Numbered from the stretch's first letter, positions 29,504-39,452 are shown. The stretch is 64,000 nucleotides of DNA from an uncultured Anaerolineales bacterium (GCA_964608265.1 CAZSNP010000016.1:5566-69565), one strand, 5' to 3'. The notes: generated by a model not told the origin, from the sequence alone. Program-made: numbers and translations.

Positions 29504-30658
29504 CTAAAGGCCGGCGGCGACGCGCCGATAAGCCTCGAGCAGGTGCTGGGCCGACGCGTGCCAGGTGAACCCCGCCGCGCGCCGGAAACCGCGGGCGATG
29601 AGGTCGGCGCGCGCGCCGTCGTCGGTGAGGGCGCGGTGGAGCGCCGCGGCCAGAGCGCGCACATCCGTGGGGGAAACGAGAAGGGCGGCGTCGCCCGCCA
29701 CCTCGGGCAGGCAGGCGGCGGTGGACGTGACCACCGGTGTGCCGCAGGCCATCGCCTCGAGCAGCGGCAGCCCGAAGCCCTCGTACAGCGAAGGGTAGGC
29801 GACGACCCGCGCCGCCGAGTACAGCGCGGGCAGATCGGCCTCCGCCACAAAGCCGGGGAAGAGCACGCGGCCAGCCAGCTTCAGCCGTTCGACCTCGGCG
29901 AAGATCGAATCAAACAGCCAACCCCTGCCGCCGGCGATGACCAACTTCACCTCGGCGATTTGCGCGGACAGATCGGCGAAGGCTTGCATGAGGCGGACGA
30001 GGTTTTTGCGTGGCTGTAACGTGCTGACCGAGAGGATGAATGGCTCCGCGCCGAGGCGATACCGGGCGCGCACGGCGGCCAGCCGCGCCGGGTCGGTCAC
30101 CGGATAGAACGTGGCCTCCACGCCGGGGTAGAGCACGGTCACCTTCGCGGCCGGTGTCCGGTACAGCTCAATCAAGTCGTCCTTCGTGGCCTGTGAGTCG
30201 GCGAGGATGTGATCGGCGCGGGCGACTGAGCGCGGGACGACGGTGTTGAGGTAACTCAGCAGCGTCGGCGCAGCCGAGCCGGGATCGCGCACGAAGGACA
30301 GATCGTGCACGGTCAGCAGCGTGCGCGTGCGGCCCGCGACGGGCGGCAATGTGAAGTCGGGCGAATGAAAGACATCCAGCGGGCCGGTGATCGTCTGCAC
30401 CGGCAGCGGCAGCCGGGCGCGGTGCCAGATGCGCGCCAGCCAGATATCGTGAAAGGGCAGGGCTCTGAGGCGGAAATTGGCTGGCAGCGGATTGGGTAAC
30501 GGATGTAACGGAGGCCGGGCTGCGTAGAAGAGGCGGTAGTGATTGTGGTGATCAGCGGCGCTCAATGCGCGCAGCAACTCGCGCGTGTAGCGGCCGATGC
30601 CCGCGCCCTGCGCCACCGCCGAGGTCACGTCAATGCCGATGCGCAATCCGCCGTGCAC
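29504..30658 (-). CDS. Glycosyltransferase family 4
   Basis: [44 protein letters not shown]. Confidence 0.95.
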   Translation of the reverse strand: MHGGLRIGIDVTSAVAQGAGIGRYTRELLRALSAADHHNHYRLFYAARPPLHPLPNPLPANFRLRALPFHDIWLARIWHRARLPLPVQTITGPLDVFHSPDFTLPPVAGRTRTLLTVHDLSFVRDPGSAAPTLLSYLNTVVPRSVARADHILADSQATKDDLIELYRTPAAKVTVLYPGVEATFYPVTDPARLAAVRARYRLGAEPFILSVSTLQPRKNLVRLMQAFADLSAQIAEVKLVIAGGRGWLFDSIFAEVERLKLAGRVLFPGFVAEADLPALYSAARVVAYPSLYEGFGLPLLEAMACGTPVVTSTAACLPEVAGDAALLVSPTDVRALAAALHRALTDDGARADLIARGFRRAAGFTWHASAQHLLEAYRRVAAGL

Positions 30659-30716
30659 AGAATCTTTCGCCCCGGGCGCCGGGGTGGCCGCGTGGACCGG
30701 GCGTGCCGTGTGAAGG

Positions 30717-31121
30717 CTAGCCTTCAGTCACCGGGGGCGCTTTGGGGCCGAGCGCGCGCCGCACGTGGTCAATCAGCGTCTTCGAGTTGATGGGCTTGGT
30801 GAGGAAGGCATCCGCCCCGGCCGATTGGCTTTCCATCCGCGTCTTCTGGTCGGCCTTGGCGGTGAGGATGACGACGGGGAGGTTCTTGATGATTTCGCTG
30901 GAGCGCACTTTGCGCAGGATGGTGAAGCCGTTGATGTCGGGCATCATCAGGTCGAGCAGGATCAAATCCGGCGTGCGGCCCTCCAGCCATTCCAGCGCTT
31001 CCTGGCCCGACAACACCGAATGAGCTTCGAAGCCGGCGTGCGACAACATCATCCGCATGATGTTCGCCAGGTCGGGATCGTCGTCTACGATGAGGATGGT
31101 GGGTTTAGTGTCGGCCGACAT
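30717..31121 (-). CDS. Single-domain response regulator
   Basis: ILIVDDD, phospho-Asp in LLDLMMP, ILTA, FLTKP. Confidence 0.93.
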   Translation of the reverse strand: MSADTKPTILIVDDDPDLANIMRMMLSHAGFEAHSVLSGQEALEWLEGRTPDLILLDLMMPDINGFTILRKVRSSEIIKNLPVVILTAKADQKTRMESQSAGADAFLTKPINSKTLIDHVRRALGPKAPPVTEG

Positions 31122-31641
31122 CGCGATAGGTCCAGTAGCGGTTGACGAAAAAGTTCCAGAACAGCAGCGCGCCCACCCGAGTCATGAGCGCGAGGTTTCC
31201 AGCGACGTTGAATTGTAATGCGGCGAGGGCCGTCGCGCCAATCAGACCGCGCCAAATCCCCAACGCAATCGAAAACACCGGCGCGCCGATGAGCAGGCCG
31301 GCCACGCTCACAATCGCGAACTTCGTGAGCTTTTTGGCCTGATTAGCTTCCCTGGCTTCGGGATAAATCCACATATAGTTCCACAGGAAGTTGCTGAGGA
31401 CAGCCAGACAAAACGAAAACGATTGCTCGATGACTTCGGGATGGCCGGTGAAGTAAGCGCCGATCTGCGGCAAACCGGCGGGCAGGAGATTCAGCGCCAC
31501 CCACGGGCCGATGAACAGCGCGTGCATGAGGTTGAAACTGCCGAGGTCAACGGCGAAGCCAACAGCGCCGACCATCAAGAACTTGATGAAGCGCTTGCGT
31601 TCTTTGGGCTGACTACGCGCCAGGGTGACGATACGGGTCAA
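31105..31641 (-). CDS. GtrA-family membrane protein (lipid-linked sugar flippase-like)
   Basis: RFIKFLMVG...D, SNFLWNYMWIY, WNFFVNRYWTY. TTG start at 31641 with a GGAG SD; alternative starts at 31671 or 31695. Confidence 0.85.
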   Translation of the reverse strand: MTRIVTLARSQPKERKRFIKFLMVGAVGFAVDLGSFNLMHALFIGPWVALNLLPAGLPQIGAYFTGHPEVIEQSFSFCLAVLSNFLWNYMWIYPEAREANQAKKLTKFAIVSVAGLLIGAPVFSIALGIWRGLIGATALAALQFNVAGNLALMTRVGALLFWNFFVNRYWTYRDVGRH

Positions 31642-33064
31642 CGGCTTTGTCTCCGCCAGCGATGATAGCATGAAGGACTCCGAGCCACGCGCCAAGCAAT
31701 AAATCGGTGTTGTTGACGTGCAGGTTGTCTACCAGATGATGCGTGAGCAAGTGCGCCCACACGCCCAACAACCCCAGCGCCAACCCGCGCCGCACACCCT
31801 CCGACCGGCGGAGGGTGCGAAACGTAAGGATAACGACCCACAGCCACAAACCCCCATAGGCGGCTAGTCCTACCAGCCCGGTCTCGGCCCACATGTGCAG
31901 GTAGATATTGTGGGCGTGCCCGAGCGCGTTTGGCCAGTTGATCAGGCGATACTGTTCGTACGCGCCCACGTAGTTTCCCAGCCCCACGCCCCACCACGGG
32001 TTGGCCTCGATCATGTTTTGCGCGGCCTGCCAGTGCGCCAGCCGCTCCACCAGCGCGAAGTTCGCATCGTTGATGTTGATCCCGCGCACATCGCTGACAT
32101 TGATGAAGTCGGTGATGTTGGCCAGCCGGGCGGTGACACTGGCCGGGAGCAGGCCGGTTGCCGCGAGGGCAGCCACCGCGCCGATGACGCCGAGCACCAG
32201 CCCGGCCCCCAGCCACAGCCGCCGGGGCAGACACATCGCCAGCACAATGATGGCCGCGCCGACCCCCAGCCACGCGCCGCGCGAAGCCGAGACGTAAATC
32301 GCGATGACGAGCAAGCCCGCCAGAAACAAGTAGCAGGCAGCAAGCAGCAGATTCCGCCAGCGATGCCGCTCCTGAAAGGCAATGCTCAGGTGGGCCAGGG
32401 CCAACCCGGCGGCCACCGGCCAGATCAACCCGAGGAAACCGCCGAAGGGATTGGGTTGCTCGAATGAGCCGTAAGCGCGGAAGAGGCCCTCGGCGACCTC
32501 GAAGCTCTCCGGGCCGGCGCCACGCCAGCGCCACTGCCACAGCCCCACGCCCGCCTGCAACACGCCCGAGAGCAGGATCGCGCCGATGACCCACCGCAAC
32601 CGGCCACGCTTTGCTTCGGAATATGTGATGATGAGGACGAAGGCGACCTCGATCCACTTGATGACTTCATTGAGTCCATCGCGCCATGCAGCGGCCTGAA
32701 AGAGCGACAGCGCGCCCGCCCCGATCCACACAGACAAGGGAAAAAGCAACTGAAGTTTAGGGAGGGTGATTTCACGCCGCAACGCGCCGCGCAGCAGCCA
32801 GCCGGCCAGGGCCAGCGCGAAAAAAATCTGGCCGAAGTCGTAGAGCGGGCCGACGCGCCCGGTCGCGGCCAGGTAAGCGCGCGTCGGCCCCAGCACAATC
32901 GCCGCGCCGAGGCCGATGGCCGGTTCCCGGATCGAAAGGGCCACCACCGCGCCGCCCACGATGAGCACGGCGCTGTATTCGATTGGCAGAAATGCGATGA
33001 GCAGGCTGCCAGGGAGTGCGGCTGCCAGGAGGTAATTGGCGATTGGTAATTGCGCCCGCGTCAC
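31613..33064 (-). CDS. O-antigen ligase / Wzy-family membrane protein
   Basis: RAYGSFEQPNPFGG, SASRGAWLG, ERLAHW, GVGLGNY, HAHNIYL, HHLVD. Confidence 0.92.
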   Translation of the reverse strand: MTRAQLPIANYLLAAALPGSLLIAFLPIEYSAVLIVGGAVVALSIREPAIGLGAAIVLGPTRAYLAATGRVGPLYDFGQIFFALALAGWLLRGALRREITLPKLQLLFPLSVWIGAGALSLFQAAAWRDGLNEVIKWIEVAFVLIITYSEAKRGRLRWVIGAILLSGVLQAGVGLWQWRWRGAGPESFEVAEGLFRAYGSFEQPNPFGGFLGLIWPVAAGLALAHLSIAFQERHRWRNLLLAACYLFLAGLLVIAIYVSASRGAWLGVGAAIIVLAMCLPRRLWLGAGLVLGVIGAVAALAATGLLPASVTARLANITDFINVSDVRGININDANFALVERLAHWQAAQNMIEANPWWGVGLGNYVGAYEQYRLINWPNALGHAHNIYLHMWAETGLVGLAAYGGLWLWVVILTFRTLRRSEGVRRGLALGLLGVWAHLLTHHLVDNLHVNNTDLLLGAWLGVLHAIIAGGDKAVDPYRHPGA

Positions 33065-33108
33065 GCTCGCACCCTATCTTCAATCTGCCAGTAACCCGTA
33101 ACCAGGAA

Positions 33109-34065
33109 CTATCTCCCTATGACCCCACGGAAGTATTCGATCGTCGTCGTAAGCCCGTCTTCGAGTTCGATCTTCGGCTCCCAGCCGAGCACGGCCCTGG
33201 CCTTGGAGATATCGGGGCGGCGTTGCTGCGGGTCGCCCGGGGTGCGGCCCTCGCCGACGAAGCGCAGCCCGCCGGGGTTGCCGGTGATGGTGTTGACGAT
33301 CTCGGCGAACTCGCGGATGCTCATCTCGCGCGGGTTGCCGATGTTGGTCGGCAGGGTCTCGTTGGACATCAGCAGACGATAGATGCCCTCGACCAGATCA
33401 GACACGTAGCAGAAGCTGCGCGTCTGGGTGCCGTCGCCGTACACGGTGAGCGGCTCGCCGCGCAGCGCCTGCCCGACGAAGTTTGGCACCACCCGCCCAT
33501 CATCCAACTGCATACGCGGGCCATACGTGTTGAAGATGCGGACGATGCGCGTATCCACGCCGTGCGTGCGATGGTACGCCATGGTCAGCGCCTCGGCGAA
33601 GCGTTTGGCCTCGTCGTACACCGAGCGCGGCCCGACCGGGTCGACGTGCCCCCAGTACGTTTCCTTCTGCGGATGTTCGAGCGGGTCGCCGTACACCTCC
33701 GAGGTCGAGGCGAGCATGAAGCGCGCGCCCTTGGCCTTGGCGACCCCGAGCGCGTTCAGCGTGCCAAGCGCGCCAACCTTGAGCGTTTGGATGGGCAGTT
33801 GCAGGTAACCGGTCGGCGCGGTTTTGCTCGGGCTGGCCGGCGAGGCCCAGTGCATCACCACCTCAATCGGCCCGTCAATGTAAATGTGCTCGGAGACGTT
33901 GTGCTTGATGAAGCGAAAGTCATCGCGGCCGGCGAGGTGCTGGATGTTGCGGGTGCTGCCGGTGATGAGGTTGTCCATCGCGATGACGCTGTGGCCCTCG
34001 GCCAGAAGCCGATCGCACAAGTGCGACCCGATGAAACCCGCCCCGCCGGTGATGAGGATGCGCAT
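33109..34065 (-). CDS. UDP-glucuronate decarboxylase (UDP-xylose synthase)-like NAD-dependent epimerase/dehydratase
   Basis: [72 protein letters not shown]. Confidence 0.93.
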   Translation of the reverse strand: MRILITGGAGFIGSHLCDRLLAEGHSVIAMDNLITGSTRNIQHLAGRDDFRFIKHNVSEHIYIDGPIEVVMHWASPASPSKTAPTGYLQLPIQTLKVGALGTLNALGVAKAKGARFMLASTSEVYGDPLEHPQKETYWGHVDPVGPRSVYDEAKRFAEALTMAYHRTHGVDTRIVRIFNTYGPRMQLDDGRVVPNFVGQALRGEPLTVYGDGTQTRSFCYVSDLVEGIYRLLMSNETLPTNIGNPREMSIREFAEIVNTITGNPGGLRFVGEGRTPGDPQQRRPDISKARAVLGWEPKIELEDGLTTTIEYFRGVIGR

Positions 34066-34088
34066 GGGAAACCCTTCGTCTTTTGAAT

Positions 34089-34122
34089 AGACCTTCGGGG
34101 TTTCCAAAAACCCCGAAGGTCT
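34089..34122. repeat. REP-like palindrome (15-bp stem)
   Basis: AGACCTTCGGGGTTT-CCAA-AAACCCCGAAGGTCT; same family as 14426-14457. Confidence 0.85.
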
Positions 34123-34146
34123 TCGAACGCAAACGCCGCGATTCTA

Positions 34147-37100
34147 TCACGCAGCCTCGCGGCCAGCGCGCTGGATCAGGGCCAGCGCCAGCATGAACAC
34201 AAACGCCAAATCAACAAGAAAGAATGAATGATCGACCAGCCCGTGCGCGAGCATATCGGCGACGAGGGCCATCAGACCGATGGGTAGAGGCGACGCAGGC
34301 AGCGTCCGGGCGGCACGCCAAAACGCGGCCATCAACCACACGCCGCACCCGAAGCCGAGCACGCCGAGACGGCTGAGGAAATCCAGCACGATGTTGTGCG
34401 GGTGCGAGAGGTTGGGCTCCTGCCACGCAGCGGGCAGGATGTAGAAGCCGCGATACGCATACAGAAAGTTATCCGGGCCGACGCCGAGCAACGGGTGATC
34501 GAGAAACATCCGCCACGCCGAGGCCCACAGGTTGATGCGGAAGAAACCGGTGCCGGATTGCGGGTCGAGGGCGCCGGCGAAGCGCGGTAGCTGCGCGAGG
34601 AAGGGCAGGGCGATGACGGCCAGCGCCAGGCCCGCCGCCACCATCCCCGCGCCGCGCCGCCCCTGCCAGCCGATGATGATCACCGCCAGCGCCGCCGGAA
34701 TCCCGAGCAGCAGCGCCCCGCGTGAAAAGCTGAGGACGATTGCGAGGCCCATCACCAGCGAAGCGAGGCCGTGGAGCAGCCGGCGCAGTGGCGGCGTCGC
34801 CGTGCGTGGCGGCCCGATGACGACGACGGCCAGCGCCAGCGGCAGCGCGCGGCCCAAGTAGAGGCCGAGGTTGTTCGGCGAGCCATACACGCTGCGGATG
34901 CGGGCCACGCCCTCTTCGGTGACGATGAGGTTGGTCTGCGTCGCAAATTGATACAAACCGATGGCGGCCACCAGCACCGCGCCGAGGACGAAGAAGTCGG
35001 CGATGCGCCAAAGAGCTTTTGCGTCGAGCGGAGTGGCGCGGAGTAGAAAGTAGAAGGTTGCCGATCCCAGGAGGACGGTGCGGAATTCGTATACGGCCAC
35101 CGCGCGTTGCGCGGCGTTGGCCGTGCTCAGCGCTGAGACAGTGAGTAGGGCGACGACGCCCCAATCAATAAAGGTCAGCCGTGGACGCTGCCACGCAGCG
35201 CGCTGGCGCAGCAGGGCCGGGCCGTGGCGCACCATCCAGGCGCTGAAGGTCAACCACACCGAGAATTCGAGCACCGACGCGCCGCGCTCCCACAACATCC
35301 GCGGAAAGAGGAAGAACGGGATGAAGACGGCGATGAATGCCAGCGCGAGATCGAGGCGCGCATAGAACAGGATGAAAAGCGCTAGCAGCGCCACGACGGC
35401 GAGGACGAACGACGGCGAAAAGTAAAACAGCCCGGCGCTGAACGCGGTGACGAGGATGGGGACGGCATCGCCGAAGCGACGGGTGAAGGCGGTGACTTGT
35501 GTGTCGAAGGCGAGCCAGGCCGAAAGAAACACGAGGGTCGAAAGAAAAAACGTTGACAGCACCTGGCCCGTGTCGCCGAGGCGCTGCCACAACGAAGAAA
35601 GGCGCTGGCCGACGCCCCCCCACGCCAGCGCGCGGCCCGACCACCCCAGGCCCGCCGCGCTCAACACGCCCAGCGCGAGCAATCCGCCGACGGCGAGATG
35701 GAAATCGCCCGCCGGCAACCGACGCCCCACGCTGAAACCCGCCATCGCCCACTGATCCCACCCGCGCTCCGGCTCGATGATGGCCGTGTGCGCGACGTTC
35801 GGGTCGAGGCCCGAGGCGATGGGGATGACGGCGACCTCCGGCTTGAGGGTGGGCGAGGTGAGGACGAGATACGCGCCGCGCCCGTCACGCGGCAGCAGGT
35901 TGGCGGGCGCGCCGTCCACCGTCACGTACAGATAACCGCGATAGTCGCCGCGCCGCACGCGCAGGCCGAGGTCGCTGCCGTGAAATGCAAACGTGAGTCG
36001 CGCACTGGAGAATTGTTCGGGGATGTCGGCCCCGAGGTCGGAGAACTTCCACGCACCGGTGTATTGCGCAAACGGGTTGGGCGCGGGATAGTTTCCGGGC
36101 GGCGCGGTTACGGGTGATTGGAGGTTGGAGAGCGATTGGCCCAGCGGCGTGAGTTGATTGTTCGTGTCGGCGAGGGCGAAACCCCAGCGCGGGTCGCCGG
36201 CGGGCGCGCTGGGTTGATAGTTCTCGAGCGCCAACGGCCCGGCCCACGGCCACTCCTGCGCGGCGCGTTCGTAAGCGCTGCGGGTGTATTCAACTTGTTG
36301 TTCGGGTGTGGCTTTGCCCCAGGGCGAATCCAATGTGTTCCATCCAAAATTGCTCGCCCAAAGCTGCTTATGTCCATCGCCGTTGCGCACCATCACCTCG
36401 CGCAGGAGCGTGAAGCGCGAGAAGTTGAGGAGGTGCGCATCGGCCTGCCGATCATCGGGCCCGGTGTAGAAGCCGTACGGCTTGCCCGCCGCCGCATCGA
36501 AGGAGTGATGCGCGCCGAGGTCGTACAGTTGCTGCAGATAGAGCAGGTCGCTGATGTTCTCCGGCCCGGCCTCGGTGGTGGGCGCGAGCGCGGCGGCAAG
36601 GACGGTGGCGGTCGGGTCGGCGGCGTGGATGGCGGCGTAGGCTGCCTGTAGCAGCGCACCGTACCCCGCCGCAGACGGCGGCCCGCCCCACGCCGCGCTC
36701 AGGTTAGGCTCATCACCGATTTGGTAAACATCAATCCGGTCGCGATAGCGCGCGGCGAACTCGGCCACCTGTGCGCCATAATAGTCGGCAGGGTGCTCAA
36801 CGGAGGCGGACAGCACGGCGATAATGCTTTTGCCGCGGGCCGACACTGTGTTTACGATGAGGTCGTAGCCGTCATACGGGCTGCGTTTGTGAACGACACC
36901 GGGCGGATCAATGACAAATCCGTGCCGCAGCCAGCCGAAAGACGGCAGGCGATCGAGCGCCGTGTTGATCTCAGCCTCGCTCGGCGCGGGGAAGGCGACA
37001 TTGACTGCGCGCAGATTGGCCGGGCGTGGGTCCAGTGAGGGATCGGGCAGGCCGTCCACCGCTCCGAAGACCTGCGCGCCGCGTTGATGCAGGACGGCGG

Positions 37101-37161
37101 CCAGCCCGAGCAGCGAGCCACACAGCAACACCGCGCTGAGTATAAAGAGGACTCGTTTCAT
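34147..37161 (-). CDS. Fusion protein: N-terminal clan GH-A-like glycosidase domain, beta-sandwich domain, then multi-pass O-antigen ligase/Wzy domain
   Basis: YQIGDEPN, AYAAIHAADP.ATVL, FDAAAGKPYGF and LWASNFGW in the N-half. RIRSVYGSPNNLG, SFSRGA, RINLW, GVGPDNF, HPHN and AHGLVD in the C-half. Confidence 0.88.
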   Translation of the reverse strand: MKRVLFILSAVLLCGSLLGLAAVLHQRGAQVFGAVDGLPDPSLDPRPANLRAVNVAFPAPSEAEINTALDRLPSFGWLRHGFVIDPPGVVHKRSPYDGYDLIVNTVSARGKSIIAVLSASVEHPADYYGAQVAEFAARYRDRIDVYQIGDEPNLSAAWGGPPSAAGYGALLQAAYAAIHAADPTATVLAAALAPTTEAGPENISDLLYLQQLYDLGAHHSFDAAAGKPYGFYTGPDDRQADAHLLNFSRFTLLREVMVRNGDGHKQLWASNFGWNTLDSPWGKATPEQQVEYTRSAYERAAQEWPWAGPLALENYQPSAPAGDPRWGFALADTNNQLTPLGQSLSNLQSPVTAPPGNYPAPNPFAQYTGAWKFSDLGADIPEQFSSARLTFAFHGSDLGLRVRRGDYRGYLYVTVDGAPANLLPRDGRGAYLVLTSPTLKPEVAVIPIASGLDPNVAHTAIIEPERGWDQWAMAGFSVGRRLPAGDFHLAVGGLLALGVLSAAGLGWSGRALAWGGVGQRLSSLWQRLGDTGQVLSTFFLSTLVFLSAWLAFDTQVTAFTRRFGDAVPILVTAFSAGLFYFSPSFVLAVVALLALFILFYARLDLALAFIAVFIPFFLFPRMLWERGASVLEFSVWLTFSAWMVRHGPALLRQRAAWQRPRLTFIDWGVVALLTVSALSTANAAQRAVAVYEFRTVLLGSATFYFLLRATPLDAKALWRIADFFVLGAVLVAAIGLYQFATQTNLIVTEEGVARIRSVYGSPNNLGLYLGRALPLALAVVVIGPPRTATPPLRRLLHGLASLVMGLAIVLSFSRGALLLGIPAALAVIIIGWQGRRGAGMVAAGLALAVIALPFLAQLPRFAGALDPQSGTGFFRINLWASAWRMFLDHPLLGVGPDNFLYAYRGFYILPAAWQEPNLSHPHNIVLDFLSRLGVLGFGCGVWLMAAFWRAARTLPASPLPIGLMALVADMLAHGLVDHSFFLVDLAFVFMLALALIQRAGREAA

Positions 37162-37230
37162 TGCGTGCCGCGTGAAACGCGAAACGTCAGGGCGCGGTTC
37201 CCCTCACGCCTCAACGTCATCCTTCACGAG

Positions 37231-38865
37231 TCACTGTCCCCAGTCGATCTCCGTCGCCAGGCCATCGCCCGTGAGTTGCTGGCTGGCGCCCGTCTCGGCA
37301 TCCACCAGCCACACATTGCCTTGATAGAGGATAGCGACCAGCCGGCCATCGGGTGACCAGGCCGGCGTCGTGCCCGCGTCGAGGCCCGGCTGATCGGCCG
37401 GCGGGAAGAGGGCGCGGATGTTGCTGCCGTCGCGATCCATCACCGTGAGCGTATAGCGGCTGAAGGGCGAGGTGTTGGGGTCAACGGCCTGCAGATAAGC
37501 CACCCGCTCGCCGGTCGGCGACGGCGCCGGGTTCGAGTAGATGCCGGCGCGCGGCACGAGGGTCAGCGACAGGCTGGCGAGCGAGGACAGTGCCGTCACA
37601 TCGAAGACCGGCGAGTCTTCGGCTAACTCAATCCCCAGCGGCGCGCCGTGGGTGATGGTGTACAACCATTCGTTGTCGGCCCAGCGCAGCGTCGGGTACC
37701 ACGCCCAGTTGCTGCGCGAGTTGTACGCCACGAAGCTCGCCAGCTCGGTGCGACTGAACGTCGTCAAATCCACCACCCCCACCGAGTCGGTGCGGGCATA
37801 CGCCATCCGCAGCCCGTCGGGCGCGAAGGCGTAACCGGTGCCCCACCAGCCATACGCGCCGCCGGCGTTCGTATCCACAACCTGCACCGGGTTGAACTCG
37901 AGGCGGCGCGTGCGGGGATTGGTCCCCCACGTCAGCAGCCACAGGTCGTTGTTCGCCTGCCAGTCCACCGGGCCGCGCGGGTTCTTCTCGGCGGTCGAAT
38001 AAGCAATGGTGGGCGAAATCGTTTGGGCCGGCGACCATTCGGCGTAAAGGGTATTGCTCACCGGGATGCTCAACGGTTTGCCGCCGAGCGCGGTGGTGAG
38101 GGTGAAGACCGACAGCGTATTGAAGACGCGGTCGAATTGGGGCGACTGCGTATCGGTGAAGTTGCGGCTAAAGAGCAGGGATTGGCCGTTGGGCGACAGG
38201 TCGAAGACGAAGCCGTCGAGGTCGCCGTTGAGGGTGAGGGGCGTGCGCCTGCTCGAGTCGCCGCGCATCACCCAGGCGTTGCCACCGCTGAGGTAGGCCA
38301 GCGTGCCGGTGATCGGCACTACCGTGAAGCTCTGCTGTGCGCCGACGAAGATGATCTCCGGAACCGGCTCGGCGAGGATGTCGCGCCTGATGGCGCTCCG
38401 GCTGACCTGCACGCCGTCTTCGAAGACGATGCGATACGTGATCTCTTCCCGGCCGTTGACGCCGGCCTGCTGCAAGCGACGCTCGCCGCGCGGCAGGCCC
38501 TCATTCGGGATGACGTCACTGCGATACGGGATGTCGTTTTGCTGGGTCTCGAACGTCTCGCGGATACGGGTGATGGTGACCGTTGCCCCGTCGGTCAAAC
38601 GCGTCTGCGGCCCGGGGTCGAGGCGATCCAGCTCCCCGACGCTGACGCCGGCCTGCGCCAAAAACTCACGCACCGTCGCCGTTTGCGAGAGCGCGAAGCG
38701 GCGCGTCTGCCCGTCAGCGATGACGGCAACGGTGATCGGGGCCGAGGTGGCGGGAGGCGCAGCCGGCGTCGGGACGAGGACAGCACAGGCCGAAAGCAGA
38801 AGGCCCAGAGCACAAGACGCACCGCTCAACCGATATGGGTGCGATTTGAATTGTGCCTTGAGCAT
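37231..38865 (-). CDS. Lipoprotein with DUF348-like and G5 domains and a TolB-like (PD40) beta-propeller
   Basis: Lipobox LLSAC; TVREFLAQAGV..GELD..P; G5 QAGVNGREEITYRIVFEDG...EPVPEIIFVG; propeller repeats SPNGQ, APDG, SPTG, AWSPDG. Confidence 0.85.
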   Translation of the reverse strand: MLKAQFKSHPYRLSGASCALGLLLSACAVLVPTPAAPPATSAPITVAVIADGQTRRFALSQTATVREFLAQAGVSVGELDRLDPGPQTRLTDGATVTITRIRETFETQQNDIPYRSDVIPNEGLPRGERRLQQAGVNGREEITYRIVFEDGVQVSRSAIRRDILAEPVPEIIFVGAQQSFTVVPITGTLAYLSGGNAWVMRGDSSRRTPLTLNGDLDGFVFDLSPNGQSLLFSRNFTDTQSPQFDRVFNTLSVFTLTTALGGKPLSIPVSNTLYAEWSPAQTISPTIAYSTAEKNPRGPVDWQANNDLWLLTWGTNPRTRRLEFNPVQVVDTNAGGAYGWWGTGYAFAPDGLRMAYARTDSVGVVDLTTFSRTELASFVAYNSRSNWAWYPTLRWADNEWLYTITHGAPLGIELAEDSPVFDVTALSSLASLSLTLVPRAGIYSNPAPSPTGERVAYLQAVDPNTSPFSRYTLTVMDRDGSNIRALFPPADQPGLDAGTTPAWSPDGRLVAILYQGNVWLVDAETGASQQLTGDGLATEIDWGQ

Positions 38866-38891
38866 TGTCGGCTATAATCCGCCGTCGCTGG

Positions 38892-39452
38892 CTAACGCGT
38901 GAATTTGCCCGTGATCGCCATTTGCCCGTCGGCGATGGCGAGGTGGGTGACCTTGAAGCCGCTGGCAAACGAGCCGGCGCTGCCCGTGAGCGCTTCGTTG
39001 AGCGTCGTCGAGACGCTGTCGAGCAGCGCGCTGGGAACGGGCAGCGGGCCGAAGTCGGCCTTCTCGGCGGTGAAGACGACGTTGCCTTCCGCCGACACCG
39101 TGACGGCGATGACGATCAGCGCCGAGGTCCTGACGCCGTTGGCCTCCGCCGTACCGTACAACTGGATTTTGCCGTCGCGGAGGAAGACCTGCGGGTCTTT
39201 GAGGATGGCGTTCTCGTTCTCATTCAGCTTGAGGGTGACGAAGGAAGTCAGTTGTTGCTCGGTGAAGGTGACGCTGACGTCGCCGCCCGACGGGACGCTG
39301 GTGGCGGCCTGTTGCCAGGCGTTGGGCACTTCGCCGGCAGCTTCGGTGGAAAACGGCACCGGTGAGGCGGGTGGGGTGGGCCCACCCACCGTGAGATCAC
39401 ACGCCAGGCCTGCCAACGCTAATACCAATACGACGAACAGACTGCGTTTCAT
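38892..39452 (-). CDS. Hypothetical lipoprotein (possibly LmeA/DUF2993-like lipid-binding fold)
   Basis: MKRSLFVVLVLALAGLAC lipobox; FTEQQLTS and ADFGPLPVP; AGGAG SD. Confidence 0.8.
   Translation of the reverse strand: MKRSLFVVLVLALAGLACDLTVGGPTPPASPVPFSTEAAGEVPNAWQQAATSVPSGGDVSVTFTEQQLTSFVTLKLNENENAILKDPQVFLRDGKIQLYGTAEANGVRTSALIVIAVTVSAEGNVVFTAEKADFGPLPVPSALLDSVSTTLNEALTGSAGSFASGFKVTHLAIADGQMAITGKFTR

Noticed and set aside
34066-34107. N-terminal extension [14 protein letters not shown] on the UDP-xylose-synthase-like ORF
   Set aside because: It is read through the REP palindrome; the Rossmann motif begins at ATG 34065.
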